Shown here: one piece after another, positions 37,256-50,146 of the stretch
How the letters are laid out: the number at the start of each line of letters is the position of its first letter
Position numbering within the stretch: position 1 is the first letter of the stretch
NCBI RefSeq assembly: GCF_001194135.2
Contig: NC_068989.1
Coordinates: 10,965,652 to 11,029,651 of the forward strand
Direction: 5' to 3'
DNA length: 64,000 nt
Source of the DNA: Octopus bimaculoides
Taxonomy: Eukaryota
Translations under genes and position numbers: made by a program
Notes under the pieces: model-generated
Database searches by the model: none
Told to the model about the DNA's origin: nothing
Seen by the model: only the letters and a program-made list of their open reading frames with translations

Positions 37256-38730
37256 TAAATGCATTTCCTATAGATTTTGTATCCCTATCAGGTATCTCTA
37301 CTTATCTTTGAAGGCCCATTACACTGAACCAAGTATCTCTACTCATCTTTGATGGTACAAAGCAGTAGACAATTTGACAGGGAAAATGATATCACCACTT
37401 ATAGCTTTGCGACTTTTGGAGAAGCACAAATGTAAACAGTCACACACACACACACACACACACAAATGCACACAAACATAAACTCATGCATATGAGTACC
37501 TATGAGGATCTAGTAGTACCTGTGATAACAGGTATTAGATCCTGCATTCAGTGTTTATCCTATTTAGAAGTATAGTCATATCTATATCCAGAAATCGCTG
37601 TGTTGGTTAAGAAGCTTGCTTTCCCAACCACATGGTTCCAGGTTCAGTTTCACTGCATGGAACCATGGGCAAGTGTCTTCCACTACAGACCTGAGTGGAA
37701 ATGAACCATCATCATCGTCGTTTAACGTCCGCTTTCCATGCTAGCATGGGTTGGATGGTTTGACTGAGGACTGGTGAACCAAATGGCTGCACCAGGCTCC
37801 AATCTGATTTGGCAGAGTTTCTACAGCTGGATGCTCTTCCTAATGCCAACCACTCCGAGAATATGCATGGAAACTGAAAGAAGCCTGTTATAAATATATG
37901 TGTGTGTGTGTGTGTGTGAGTATGTTAATGTCTCCTGTTTTGACATCACATGATTGTTGTTGTAAACAGGTGTCACCACCATACAAGCAGTGATCTTTGT
38001 TTCCAATCTTCCATGGAAACATGAGCTCATCATGCCCCAGCATGGGCACAATCCAACGAATGAAAGCAGTAAAAAAAACTGAACAAAGTAAAAGATAGTT
38101 GCATGATATTACAAAGATAACAATCAATATCATTGTGTCGATGGGGGGGGGGGCGAAATAAAACTCCAGCAGAGATAGTCAAGATGACAAGGAGTGTATT
38201 GGGCTCAATCGGTGGATCTCAACCTGGGTCCACATGGCCCTTCGAGGTCGATATAAAATTTTTTGTATAAGATTTTTGGCAAGTTGCATGGTGACTTCAC
38301 AAGTGCTGGTGACATGAAAAAAACGCACCCAGTAAATGCTGTAAAGTGGTTGGTATTAGGAAGAGCATCAAGCCATAGAAACCATGCCAAAAAAACACCA
38401 GAACCATCTGACTCATGCCAGCAAGGAACATCATCATCATCATCGTTTAACGTCCGCTTTCCATGCTAGCATGGGTTGGATGATTTGACTGAGGACTGGT
38501 GAACTGGATGGCTACACCAGGCTCCAATCTGATTTGGCAGAGTTTCTACAGCTGGATGCCCTTCCTAACGCCAACCACTCAGAGAACATGGACAATAAGT
38601 GATGATGGTGATGATGATAATGAAGGTCTCAAAATCAAACCTTCCAGTATGTTAATCACAACATGTCTTGTGAGGTTTTACAGTGCAAACTGGAGACTAA
38701 AAAATAGTTGTATAAAACTGGGATACTTAC

Positions 38731-38826
38731 CAAATGTTGAATCAAGTCCGTTCTGTAATGGTCCCATCCGAGTTCCCCAATATGTAGACCGTTCTTTCGG
38801 AGTGCTAACTTCCAGTGATGTCCTGT
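38731..38826 (-). CDS. FG-GAP repeat membrane protein exon
   Basis: ctttatag acceptor, gtaagt donor; TGHHWKLALRKNGLHIGELGWDHYRTDLIQHL; 96 nt, phase 0 to 0. Confidence 0.85.
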
Positions 38827-38921
38827 CTATAAAGATATTAACCATTATAGTTAAAGTCCCAAGCTTTTGGAAATCATTTCATATGACATGCAAGAAACAC
38901 CACATGTACACACAGGTATGA

Positions 38922-38952
<31 letters not shown>

Positions 38953-39157
38953 GACAGATGAAATACCGCTAAGCATTTCGTCCGGCGTACTAACATTTCT
39001 GCCAGCTCACCGCCTGAATGAAGTGCCAGTTATTGACCCCCAAATGAGTGAAGAGCAAAGTTGAGCTTAGCAGTACTTGAACTCAAAGCAGTAAGAATCA
39101 AAGCCAATACCATGAGACATTCTTTCTGATGCTCTGCCAACTCTGTTTTGAATTCAT

Positions 39158-39385
39158 CATCATCATCATCATTTAACGTCCGCTTTCCATGCTAGCATGG
39201 GTTGGACGATTTGACTGAGGACTGGTGAAACCAGATGGCTACACCAGGCTCCAATCTGATTTGGCAGAGTTTCTACAGCTGGATGCCCTTCCTAACGCCA
39301 ACCACTCCGAGAGTGTAGTGGGTGCTTTTACGTGCCACCTGCATGAGGGCCAGTCAGGTGGTACTGGCAACGGCCACGCTCAAAG
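39158..39385 (-). mobile_element. RTE-related 3'-end retroposon with (GAT)n tail
   Basis: catcatcatttaacgtccgctttccatgctagcatggg... Same family at about 37708, 38426, 49686, 51141 and 55420, and related to the 3' end of the RTE at 49289-49675. Confidence 0.8.
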
Positions 39386-39734
39386 TATATATGAATATGA
39401 CTAGATATGCAAATATATGCATGAGAAGACTTACATAAAACAAAACATACAAATCTGCAGAATCATGCATTATAACAAAGCTAAAAGATTGTTTAGTTCT
39501 AGAATGACATTGTAGGGCAGGTGTGAGCAGCTGGAACTGGCAGAATTAAACGCTAAAGGGTTAATAATGGTTGACTGAATATACTGAAATAATGAGTCAA
39601 AATGAAAAACATCTGACCAATCAGAATTAACCGTATAAGCTAAGCACAAAAATCTGACCAATCAGAACTGGCCACACAAGCTACTCACAAAAAAACCACT
39701 GCTAAAACTGCAACATAAATTGTTAATAGCATAC

Positions 39735-39870
39735 CTTTGCCTCTGATCTTTTACCGCTGAAATCACCAGGAAGATGGTGCCACCGAATAGCTCCGTCCAA
39801 CCCATTCAGAGCAAACGTAGAGAAATGTGTGAGAGTATCTTGCTGTTCTGAAGACTTTGGTTCTGACAAG
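39735..39870 (-). CDS. FG-GAP repeat membrane protein exon
   Basis: tttttattgcag acceptor, gtatgc donor; (T)LSEPKSSEQQDTLTHFSTFALNGLDGAIRWHHLPGDFSGKRSEAK; phase 2 to 0. Confidence 0.9.
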
Positions 39871-39930
39871 CTGCAATAAAAAAATTATTGTAAAGTCATT
39901 TGGATGGAAACGAGAAACCAGAATTACATT

Positions 39931-40121
39931 CTTTTACTCTTTTACTTGTTTCAGTCATTTGACTGTCGCCATGCTGGAGCACCGCCTTTAGTCGAGCAAA
40001 TCGACCTCCAGGACTTATTCTTTGTAAGCCTAGTACTTATTCTATCGGTCTCTTTTGCCGAACCGCTAAGTTACGGGGATGTAAACACACCAGCATCGGT
40101 TGTCAAGCGATGGTGGGGGGA

Positions 40122-40130
<9 letters not shown>
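39931..40130 (-). mobile_element. tRNA-derived SINE, 3' half
   Basis: Reverse complement of the tail seen at 14640-14820. Confidence 0.85.
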
Positions 40131-40161
<31 letters not shown>

Positions 40162-43100
40162 TACGTACACATGCAATTATAAATGGAATGCATATCCTTT
40201 TAATCTGAAGAAATACTAGCCAGAACATCAGAATGATTAAAGTTCAATATAGACTATCACAAGGTTGATGTTATATAACAGTATTTTATATTGTTACATA
40301 ACAGCAGATTGTTATGTAACTCTGCCAAGCAGAACATGGCTGCTGTCTGATACAAATAGTGAAGTGGGTGGTTGTGATGTTCATAGCTCTGACAAGAATC
40401 AGTTTAATCCAGAAATACTATACTAAAGAGATTACAGCCTCTAAACCAAGACTGTAAGCCTTCTAGTATTATTTTTACAGCATAATCTCTCCGTTCAATA
40501 AACCAAAAAAGAGATAACAAAATGTGATGAGGAGGGAAACAGTTGATAGTTCAGGAAAAAATTAAATGAAATTCTTTCTTTGTCTGTTTGGTATTACAAT
40601 GGTTTTAGGGTTTCTTGAGACAAAACAAAGCAGAACAATGAGGTATAAATAGTTGTTTATCTCACACATTAATGCAATAATTTGCATAAAATTCGTGACC
40701 TTTTGTGTCCGAAATTGTCTGTCAATGAGTGATCAGTCTAGCTACCTACTTAGAAAGTGGTAAAAAGGAACTTGTAATGATTTGGTAAAGAGAAACATTT
40801 AACATTAAACGCTTGCTCCTTTCACAAACTATAAAGAGATATAACTGTTTCTGACGCATAAAAACATATATAAACACAAATAAAAACACGAGATCACTAA
40901 CGCACAGAGATGTGTAAACACGAAAATGTAATATAACGATATATCAAAACACACAGACCTATAAAGACAAACAATGTTACATGGACACACAAATCATGTC
41001 ACAATGATATATAAAGCCATGAAATGTTATATCATCATCATCATTTCACAACTATTTTTTTCATGCTTGCAGGGGTTGGAGATAACAAAGGGGATCACAT
41101 TATCATCTTTTTCATGAAGTTCAACTTCCTGAGATCAACTTTCACCCCTTCTTCCCGGTCCCTTCCACTTAAATCATTAGGTACTTCCTTACCCATTTCT
41201 CATCCTCCATTTGCATCACATGTACAACTGGTAAACAATTATCTCGTTCTAAGGATGTAACTGAGGTGATTTGATCAAATAATAATTCGTTGAGAAATTC
41301 ATCTTTCTCATACACTAAATATGATTGATGTTAGGAGACAATAATGACCCTAGAGATGAGAGTCTATTTCATTTAATGTATGAATCACAGTAGTACCCCA
41401 GCTAAACCTAAAAAGTGTTGTGAAAAGAAGGTGATACTTACTCCTACAAATACTAAGTGAGATTTATACGTAGCAGTACAGACTTCATTTTTTGTTGATT
41501 CCTCCTCTATGGTTTTTTTTTCTCACCTCATTTGTGTTCAGTCACACATGCACACTAACGTTACATAATCAGTGGAGCATACTCCTATTTTTGCCAATCT
41601 TCACTTATTCAAGATTGCATCCAAGAATGCTTTGCTACCCTGCAATATTGCACTTTATATGCAAGCATTTTAATTTGTTCTTTACCCAGAGAGAGAACCC
41701 CTTTGTTGCAGCAGAGATTATAACTCCTAGACACCAATGTTAATGAAAGCAATCTATCTTTTACCTTTTACTTGTTTCGGTTATTTGATTGCAGCCATGC
41801 TGGGGCAGTACCCTGAAAGCTTTTAGTCAAATCAACCACAGTACTTATTCTTTAAGTCTGGGACTGATTCTATCAGACACATTTGCTGAACCGATAAGTT
41901 ATGGGGATGTAAAAAAACCAACACCAGTTGTCAAGTAGTGGGGCAGACAAACACAAAGACACAAAAAATGACTTCCCATACAGTTTCTGTCCGTTAAATT
42001 CACTCACAAGGCCTTGGTTGACCCGGGGCAGTAGTAGAAAACACTTACCCAAGGTACTGCGCAGTGGAACTGAACCCAAAACTACATGGTGCAAAGTTGA
42101 GCTTGTTAACCACACGACTACGCCTAAACTGAAACTGACTTGCCCTTTGCAATCATGTTAACTCTTTTACATTACCAACAGCCATAAGAAATGCATGAAC
42201 ATCAAACAATCTCATGGCTGTTTATTACGCATATATAAATCTGAGGTCAGAATTTGTCGGATTTGGAGGTTGTTTTATATAAGAAATCAATACCCTACAA
42301 AAAATTACATGCTTCCCACATCTTCTCTTGTTCTCCTGGGGCTACTGTAACATCATCTCCACCCTTAGTATCAACAGATGGATGTTTCGTTGTCAAAATA
42401 AACTCAGCGTAAAACACAAGCTTGTGCCACTAGCATCATCACCATAAACACCACCCAACTAACTTCATTTTTTCTCATTATCAACTGAGATATCTGTGAG
42501 ATTCTTTCCTCGTTTCTTTTGCTTATGTTTTTTCTCTGTTTCAGTAGCATAAAAACCACTGAATGGGGACAACTGAATGCTGGGAAAAATTATATAACCA
42601 GCACCAACACCCTTTCTGACTTCAGAATCTAAACAGTAATAGACACAAGTCTGCAAAAAGAAAATAAATAGTTAACTGCCAATTGTTATTATTTTACAGT
42701 GGTAAGGCAAGCTAGCAGAATCGTTACAACACTGGGTAAAATGCTTAATGCCATGTCATCCAACTTTGCGTTCTGAGTTCAAATGACACCAGAGTCAACT
42801 TTGTCTTTTGTCCTTTCATGACCAATAATATAAAAACCAGTTGAGCACAGGGATTGATGTAATCAACTTAACCTGTCCCCCAGAGTTGCTGGCTTTGTGC
42901 TAAAATTTGAAACCATTGTTTTGTAGTAGTGAGCTGGTAGACTCGTGAGAACATCAGGAAAATATGCTTTGCAGTATTAGTTCCGGCTCTCCACATTCTG
43001 AGTTCAAATCCCGCCCACAGCAAAAAATGTTTTGCTGTATAAGTTTCAGCTATCTACATTCACAGAGTTCAAATCACACCAAGGTCAACTTTGCTTTTCA

Positions 43101-43165
43101 TCCTTTCAAGGTCAACAAAGCACCAGATTGAGGTCCATGGAATCAATTAAGCTGATCCCTTTGTG

Positions 43166-43792
43166 GCCAACCACTTTACAGAGTGGACACATGCACACAA
43201 GTATATATATATATAAACACAACGGGCTTCTTTTAGTTTCCATGAATGAAATCCACACATAATATTTTTGTTTGACCTGACGCTATACTAAAAGAGAGTT
43301 GCCCAAGGCACCACAGAGTGGGACTGAACCTGAAGCCATGAGGTTAGGAAGTAAACTTCTTAACAACACAGTCACGCCTGCATCTATTATATACACTTAT
43401 ATGTGAAATTGTTCCACCGAAATCTATCCCCTTTCTACTAACACAGAAAAACCAGATTTAGAATAGTAATGATTTTTACAGCTGGGTGCCCTTCCTGTTG
43501 CCAACCACTTTACAGAGTGGACACATGCACACAAGTAAACACAATGGGCTTCATTCAGTTTCCATGAATGAAATCCATTCTCAATATTTTCTGTTTAGCC
43601 TGATGCTATAGTAAAAGAGAGTTGCCCAAGGCACCACAGAGTGGGATTGAACCTGAAGCCATGAGGTTGGGAAGCAAACTTCTTAACAACACAGTCACGC
43701 CTGCACCTATTAGATACACTTATATGTGAAATTGTTCCACCGAAATCTATCCCATTTCTACTAACATAGAAAAACCAGATGTAGAACAGTAA
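43166..43792. repeat. Tandem duplication of a roughly 300-bp SINE-plus-flank unit
   Basis: 43166-43469 is repeated at 43500-43792 with scattered substitutions. Confidence 0.85.
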
Positions 43793-44528
43793 AAGTGCAT
43801 TTACACAAACAACACACACACACACAGAAGTCCTTACAGTATTTTAGATCTCCTCTTTCATAAGTAGTGGCATTATTTTCCCATATTCCCACCGAGACAC
43901 TTTCAAACAAAGAATATATCCAACAGAGCTTGTCAATCATTCTAAGATTGATACTTCCAGTCAAATGCCAGCAACACAAGAGGAACAACTCAATGATTCC
44001 GCTCCATTTTAGCTGATATGATACACTTTAACTCAGAGAAAATTGCTCTCAAGCATTTCCTACACAGAAATATGCCATTTTCTTTTAGTTCTTTTACAGA
44101 TTTCAGTCATTAGACTGTGGCCATGCTGGGGCACCATCTCCAAGAGCTTTAGCTCATCCACATTGGTTGGTTCCCAGTTTTGATGTCAGTCCAATGTTTA
44201 TTTTATCAATTTCCATTCATCACAGAGCTGCAAGGTTTAACTTTTTAGTGTCAAATGGGTGGAATAATGTAGGTTACACACACACACACATACACACACA
44301 CACACACACACATATTCTTTTATTGGTTTCAGTCGTTTGACTGCAGCCATGCTGGAGCACTGGGACTTATTCTTTATAAGCCTGGTACTCATTCTATCAG
44401 TCTCTATTTACTGAACTACTAAGTTACAGGGATGTAAACACCCCAACATTGTTGGATGTCAAGAAATGGTGGTAGGACAAACCACAGACACACAAGCATA
44501 TATATATATATGTATGTATGTATGTATG

Positions 44529-44602
<74 letters not shown>

Positions 44603-44689
44603 CANNNNNNNNNNCAAGATGCCTTGCAGTGGGACTGAACCTGGAACCATGTGGTTGGAAAGCAAGCTTCTTACCACACAACCACGCTC

Positions 44690-45020
44690 GCGGGAAGGCA
44701 CATGGCTCAGTGATTAGAGCATCAGGCCACAACCACGAGGTAGTGAGTTCAATTCCTGGACTGGGCCATGTGTTGTGTTCTTGAGCAAGACACTTTATTT
44801 CACGTTACTCCAGTTCACTCAGCTGTAGAAACCAGTTGTGACATCACTGGTGCCAAGCTGTATCATAGCCTTTGCCTTTCCGTTGGATAAAATTGGTGAC
44901 TAGAAGAGGGGAGGCTCATATGCATGGGCAACTACTGGTCTTCCATAAACAACCTTGCCTGGACTTGGGCCTTGGAAACCTTCTAGATACAATCCTATGA
45001 TCCTTCATGACCAAAGAGGG
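44690..45020 (+). mobile_element. tRNA-derived SINE (third family)
   Basis: ggctcagtgattagagc A-box and gagttcaattcc B-box; a related minus-strand copy at about 45075-45315. Confidence 0.75.
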
Positions 45021-45028
45021 TCCTATAT

Positions 45029-45059
<31 letters not shown>

Positions 45060-45313
45060 AATAAATGCGTCTTTTTAAAGCCTAGCCAGGCTCATGGGTC
45101 CGGTTTCCCGGTTTCAATGGCGTATGTGTTCCCCCGCAGCTGGACGAGACGCCAGTCCATCGCAGCGTTACTCATTTTTGCCAGCTGAGTGGACTGGAGC
45201 AACGTGAAATGAAGAGTTTTGCTCAAGAACACAACGCGTTGCCCGGTCCAGGAATCAAAACCACAATCTTACAATCATGATGCCAACACCCTAACCACTA
45301 AGCCACACACCTC

Positions 45314-45351
<38 letters not shown>

Positions 45352-46317
45352 ATAATAATAAATGGAGCAAAACGCATGTCAATAAAAGTTCCTTTAATTC
45401 CTACACATGTTTCAAAATAAATGAGAGCTCTTTCACAAAGAAGAAAGAGCTGTTGGGGTTCCTCATATATTTCTCTTCAGGGAGTTCATAATAAAACATA
45501 TAATAGCAAGACAANNNNNNNNNNNNNNNNNNNNNNNNNNNNNNNNNNNNNNNNNNNNNNNNNNNNNNNNNNNNNNNNNNNNNNNNNNNNNNNNNNNNNN
45601 NNNNNNNNNNNNNNNNNNNNNNNNNNNNNNNNNNNNNNNNNNNNNNNNNNNNNNNNNNNNNNNNNNNNNNNNNNNNNNNNNNNNNNNNNNNNNNNNNNNN
45701 NNNNNNNNNNNNNNNNNNNNNNNNNNNNNNNNNNNNNNNNNNNNNNNNNNNNNNNNNNNNNNNNNNNNNNNNNNNNNNNNNNNNNNNNNNNNNNNNNNNN
45801 NNNNNNNNNNNNNNNNNNNNNNNNNNNNNNNNNNNNNNNNNNNNNNNNNNNNNNNNNNNTTGCATACTTGAGTGCAAGTTATATTTGAGGTGATGAGCTG
45901 AAAATAATTTTTACTTGAAATGAAATGGTGTTGCCCCAGTATGGCCACAGTCAAATGATTGAAACAAGTAAAAAATAAAAATAGGAAATAATAAAAGAAG
46001 CAAGAGGCATTTACCCTATACTCCTCTGACCAACATTCAATAGCCATTTCTATGCACTCTCCTCATGTTTTATCCTCTCCTTCTGCACCCCCCCCCCTCC
46101 AGCTGCAACTACTTCTGTTTCTCTCAATCAGTGGTCACTGTTCCTCCTCCGTTAAACTAATCAGTCTACCTACAAGGATGCAGCATAAGTACCTGTCGGG
46201 AATTGAACCATAAACGTCTCAGCCAACAGATCAATGCTCACATTGCCTATCAAATAGCAGCTCAAGTCTTCAAATTACATAACATTTTATCTAAAATAAG
46301 GCTTTAATTAATTCTAA

Positions 46318-46895
46318 GGATCTTTTTTAAAACGGGGGCCACATTTTTCATTAATGTTTTACGTAGTGCTTTTGGTACCGAAATACTTTCAAACTTCGTA
46401 TACTTATCTATTTTGTGTTATAGAAGAGAAAAATATTTTTGTATTCGAATTTATTTCATGTAAAAAATTGTCTTATTTCGATAATTTCAACCAATCACTG
46501 ACGTCCATTCAGCCGATATACATTAAGTGCCGACTACATAAACAAACGATTCTTCATTTTATTTGCTTTTTTCATTTTAAATTTGCTTTAACCCTAACCC
46601 TAACCCTAACTCTAACCCTACGGTTAGGGTTAGGGTTAGAGTTAGGGTTAGGGTTAATTGTTTCAGAATCGTTTGTTTATGTAGTCGGCACTTAATGTAT
46701 ATCGGCTGAATGGACGTCAGTGATTGGTTGAAATTACAGAAATACGACAACTTTAACATGGAATAATTTATGGATTTCTTTTTTTTTTAAGAAGACTAAG
46801 AGAAAAAGATGTTTTATATGACACATTCTACCAGTGTTCCAAGTTTCAAAGTGTTTCGTTAATGAAAAATGTGGCCCCCGTTTTAAAAAAGATCC
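46318..46895. mobile_element. Merlin-type MITE with central inverted telomeric array
   Basis: Perfect 37-bp TIR GGATCTTTTTTAAAACGGGGGCCACATTTTTCATTAA; 8-bp TSD aattctaa; inner inverted repeat of about 70 bp; (CCCTAA)5 then (TTAGGG)5, one variant unit in each array, at 46589-46656. Confidence 0.85.
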
Positions 46896-47429
46896 AATTC
46901 TAATTAATACAGTGCTTAAATTAGTATGACAATCACTAGTACTTCAATTAAAACATTGCTCTAGTTAACATTCTGCTTCAATTAACATATTGCTCTAATT
47001 AATAATACAGTTTCAATTATCACACTGTTTAAATTAATACTAACACAATAATTATACTAATACATTACAATGCATTAATTCATTAATTAAATTACTAGAC
47101 TGCTCCATTTAAAACAATTCTTTTTTTTTTTATTCACAGGCTGTAGATTAATACATTCCAGTATCATAACAATAGTCCAGTCCAGATGACGGGAAAATAC
47201 ACAGACATTGTTTATTTTTGAAATCTTACTTTCTTTATGATTTTTTCTTTAACTTGTTTCACTCATTTGACTGTGGCCATGCTGGGGCACCACCTTGAGG
47301 AACTTCTAGTCGAATGAATCAACCCAGTATTTTTTTTTTTTAAGTCTAATACTTATTCTTTCAATCTCTTGAAAGCTATGCCTATATATTTCTACTGTAA
47401 ATATCTTTTACCCACTTCAGTCATTGGAC

Positions 47430-48910
47430 TGCAGCCATGCTATGTACAGTGATGCTGTCAGTAAGGTGAGAGTTGGCCTGGAATACAGTGATGAATTTAA
47501 CGTACAAGTTAGAGTACACCAAGGATCAAGAGTGGGATTTGCTGCACTAAGTGTAACCTATGGTTGCATAAGACAGGGGTTTTCAAACTTTTTGACTTGC
47601 GGACCCCTTTATATTTCAGGCTTTACCTTAGGGACCCCCTTATAAACGCTTATGAAATTTATACATAAATATTTTCTTAAAATAACATATTTTTACATTT
47701 ATTTATTTAACAGTATTTAACAAAATAGGTTTATTGTCAATTAAAAGATTTCGATTAAAAAACATATATAAAATCAAATTGCCCATAAAAAGTAATTGCT
47801 GTCCACGGACCCCCTGTCTTGTCCTTGCGGACCCCCTGTGGTCCGTGGACCACAGTTTGAAAACCCCTGGCATAAGAGATGCAGTGGAATCATGGGAAGA
47901 TTATCAGATAAGGTTGCTTTCGCGTGTGGCAGATGTGCAGGAACAGTAAGTACTAAGAGCATGAGGGACTTAAACTCTCTCAAATGCCCAGGAGGCTCTC
48001 TTGAGGTAGTAGATAGGTTTTGCTATTAAGGTGACCAAATTAGTAACAGTGGTGGATGCTCTGAAAGTGTTGTTTCTAGAATAAGAATAGGGTGGAGGAA
48101 GTTCAGAGAACTACGACCTCTGTTGGCAGCAAAAGGACTCTCTCTAAGAATGAAAGGTAGGTTGTATGATGCTTGTGTGAGAACAGCTATGTTACATGGT
48201 AGTGAGACATGGGCTCTGACTGCGGAGGACATGCGTAGGCTGAAGAGAAATGAAGGTAGTATGTTCCATTGGATTTGAAGCATCAGGGTGCATGACCGAC
48301 AGAGCACATCTGTGTTGAGAGAAAAGTTAGGCATAAGAGGCATTAAATGTGGCATGCAGGAGAGGAGACTGCGCTGGTTTGGACATGTGATGCATATGAG
48401 TGAAGACAACTGCATACAGAAGTGCCTGTCGCTGAAAGTGGATGTTACCTGTAGAAGAGTGAGACCCAGGAAGACATGGGATGAAGCAGTGAGGATTGAT
48501 CTTAGGATGTTGGGGCTCACGAAGGAAATGACAGAAGACCGAGATGTTTGGTGATAAGAGGTCCTAGGGAAGACCCATTCACGAAACTGAATGCCAGAAG
48601 AGTTGTGTTCCACCCACATGTAACGACACACCTTTCACCCTCTCTACCCTAAGAAATCAAACTACAACTCCTCTTCTAATTGCATCTTTCTCTTCCTCAC
48701 ATTTCCTCCTCATACATAATGATTGTTTTCGAATCCCCTTTCTTGCCCTCACTGCCATGGTCACTGTATCACTGCTCAACATCCCACCACCACCACCCAC
48801 ACCCTATTTTTCTAACCAGGCTCTACCCTCATATTCTTGTTACTTGTGAGAATGCCCCTAGCACTACACCATCTCTCTTCTGCTCTCTCTTACACTTTTG
48901 TTGTTTCCAA

Positions 48911-48953
<43 letters not shown>

Positions 48954-49675
48954 TCTCTTGTTTTTCCTTCAATTAGGTAACCAAGTATCACCTTTACATC
49001 AGCACACTTGGTTCTGGCCTCTTTCTAACTCTCCATCTCCTCTCACTGGGTAACCATGCACCTCTTCTATAGCAAGACACCTATTTCTGCCTCTCTATTT
49101 CCCTGTTACACTCTAACCTTTCATCATTTGATACTGGATCACCTCCTCTAATGCCCCCTCTGTTGTGGCAAGACACCTGCTTCTGTCTTTCAGTCCCTTT
49201 GTCACACTCTAACTTTCATCCTCTGACGCAAATGCCCCTGCCCCCTCTCATAATTCCTTGTCTTGTGGGTTACTTGGTTACCCTGCCAGTGCTGGTGCCA
49301 CGTTAAAAGCACCCAGCCCAAACTGTAACGTGGTCGGCATCTGGAAGGGCATACAGCGGTAAAAATCTTGCCAGAACTAACTTCGCCTGTGCTTGTGCCA
49401 CGTTAAAAGCATCAACTCAACACTGTAATGTGATTGGCGTCTGGAAGGGCATCCAGCTGTAAAAATCTTGCCAAAAGTAACTTCGCCTATGCTAGTACCA
49501 CATAGAAAGCACTGAGTCCACTTTGCAGAGTGGTTAGTGTTAGGAAGGGCATCCAGCTGTAAAATCCCTGCTAAAACAGACACAGTAGCCTTGGGTAGAT
49601 TTTCTACTTGGCCGGCTCCTGTCAACCATCCTACCCATGCATGCATGGAAGATGGACATTAAACAATGATGATAA
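47430..49675 (+). mobile_element. RTE-clade LINE, 5'-truncated, internally deleted and decayed
   Basis: SDEFNVQVRVHQGS (RT), ICCTKCNLWLHKRC, VVDRFCY, RIGWRKFREL, MLHGSETW, RRLRWFGHV, RPRKTW; 3' UTR ends in a GAT-type tail. Confidence 0.9.
47574..47869. mobile_element. hAT MITE inserted in the RTE
   Basis: TIR caggggttttcaaact; perfect 8-bp TSD gcataaga at 47566-47573 and 47870-47877. Confidence 0.95.
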
Positions 49676-50076
49676 TTATATATATATATCATCATCATCA
49701 TTTAATGTCCATTTTCCATGCTGGCATGGGTTGGACTGTTTGACTGAGGTCTGGAAAGCTAGCGGCTGTACCAGGCTCCAATCTGATCTGGCAATGTTTC
49801 TACAGCTGGATGCCCTTCCTAATGCCAACCTCTCCGAGAATGTAGGTGGGTGCTTTTTACGTGCCACCAGCACAGGAGCCAGTCAGGCTGGCCTGGCATC
49901 GATCACGTCCAGATGGAGCTCTTTGCATGCCACTGGCACACCAGCCAGTCAGGCCCTGGCATCGATCATGTTCAAACAGTATATGTTATGTGCCACCGCC
50001 TCAGGAGACAGTCAGGAGGCACTGGCATAGCCACGTTTGGATGGTGCTTTTTACACGCCACTGGCACAGGAGCCAA

Positions 50077-50146
<70 letters not shown>

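Noticed and set aside
46589-46656. Ancestral telomere-telomere chromosome fusion site
   Set aside because: A fusion reads (TTAGGG)n then (CCCTAA)n; here the order is reversed and the array is inside a TIR element with a TSD.
48026-48631. 201-aa minus-strand ORF
   Set aside because: It is the antisense shadow of the plus-strand RTE coding remnant.
49289-49590. CRISPR-like array
   Set aside because: Eukaryotic context; whole units are homologous, with no unique spacers.
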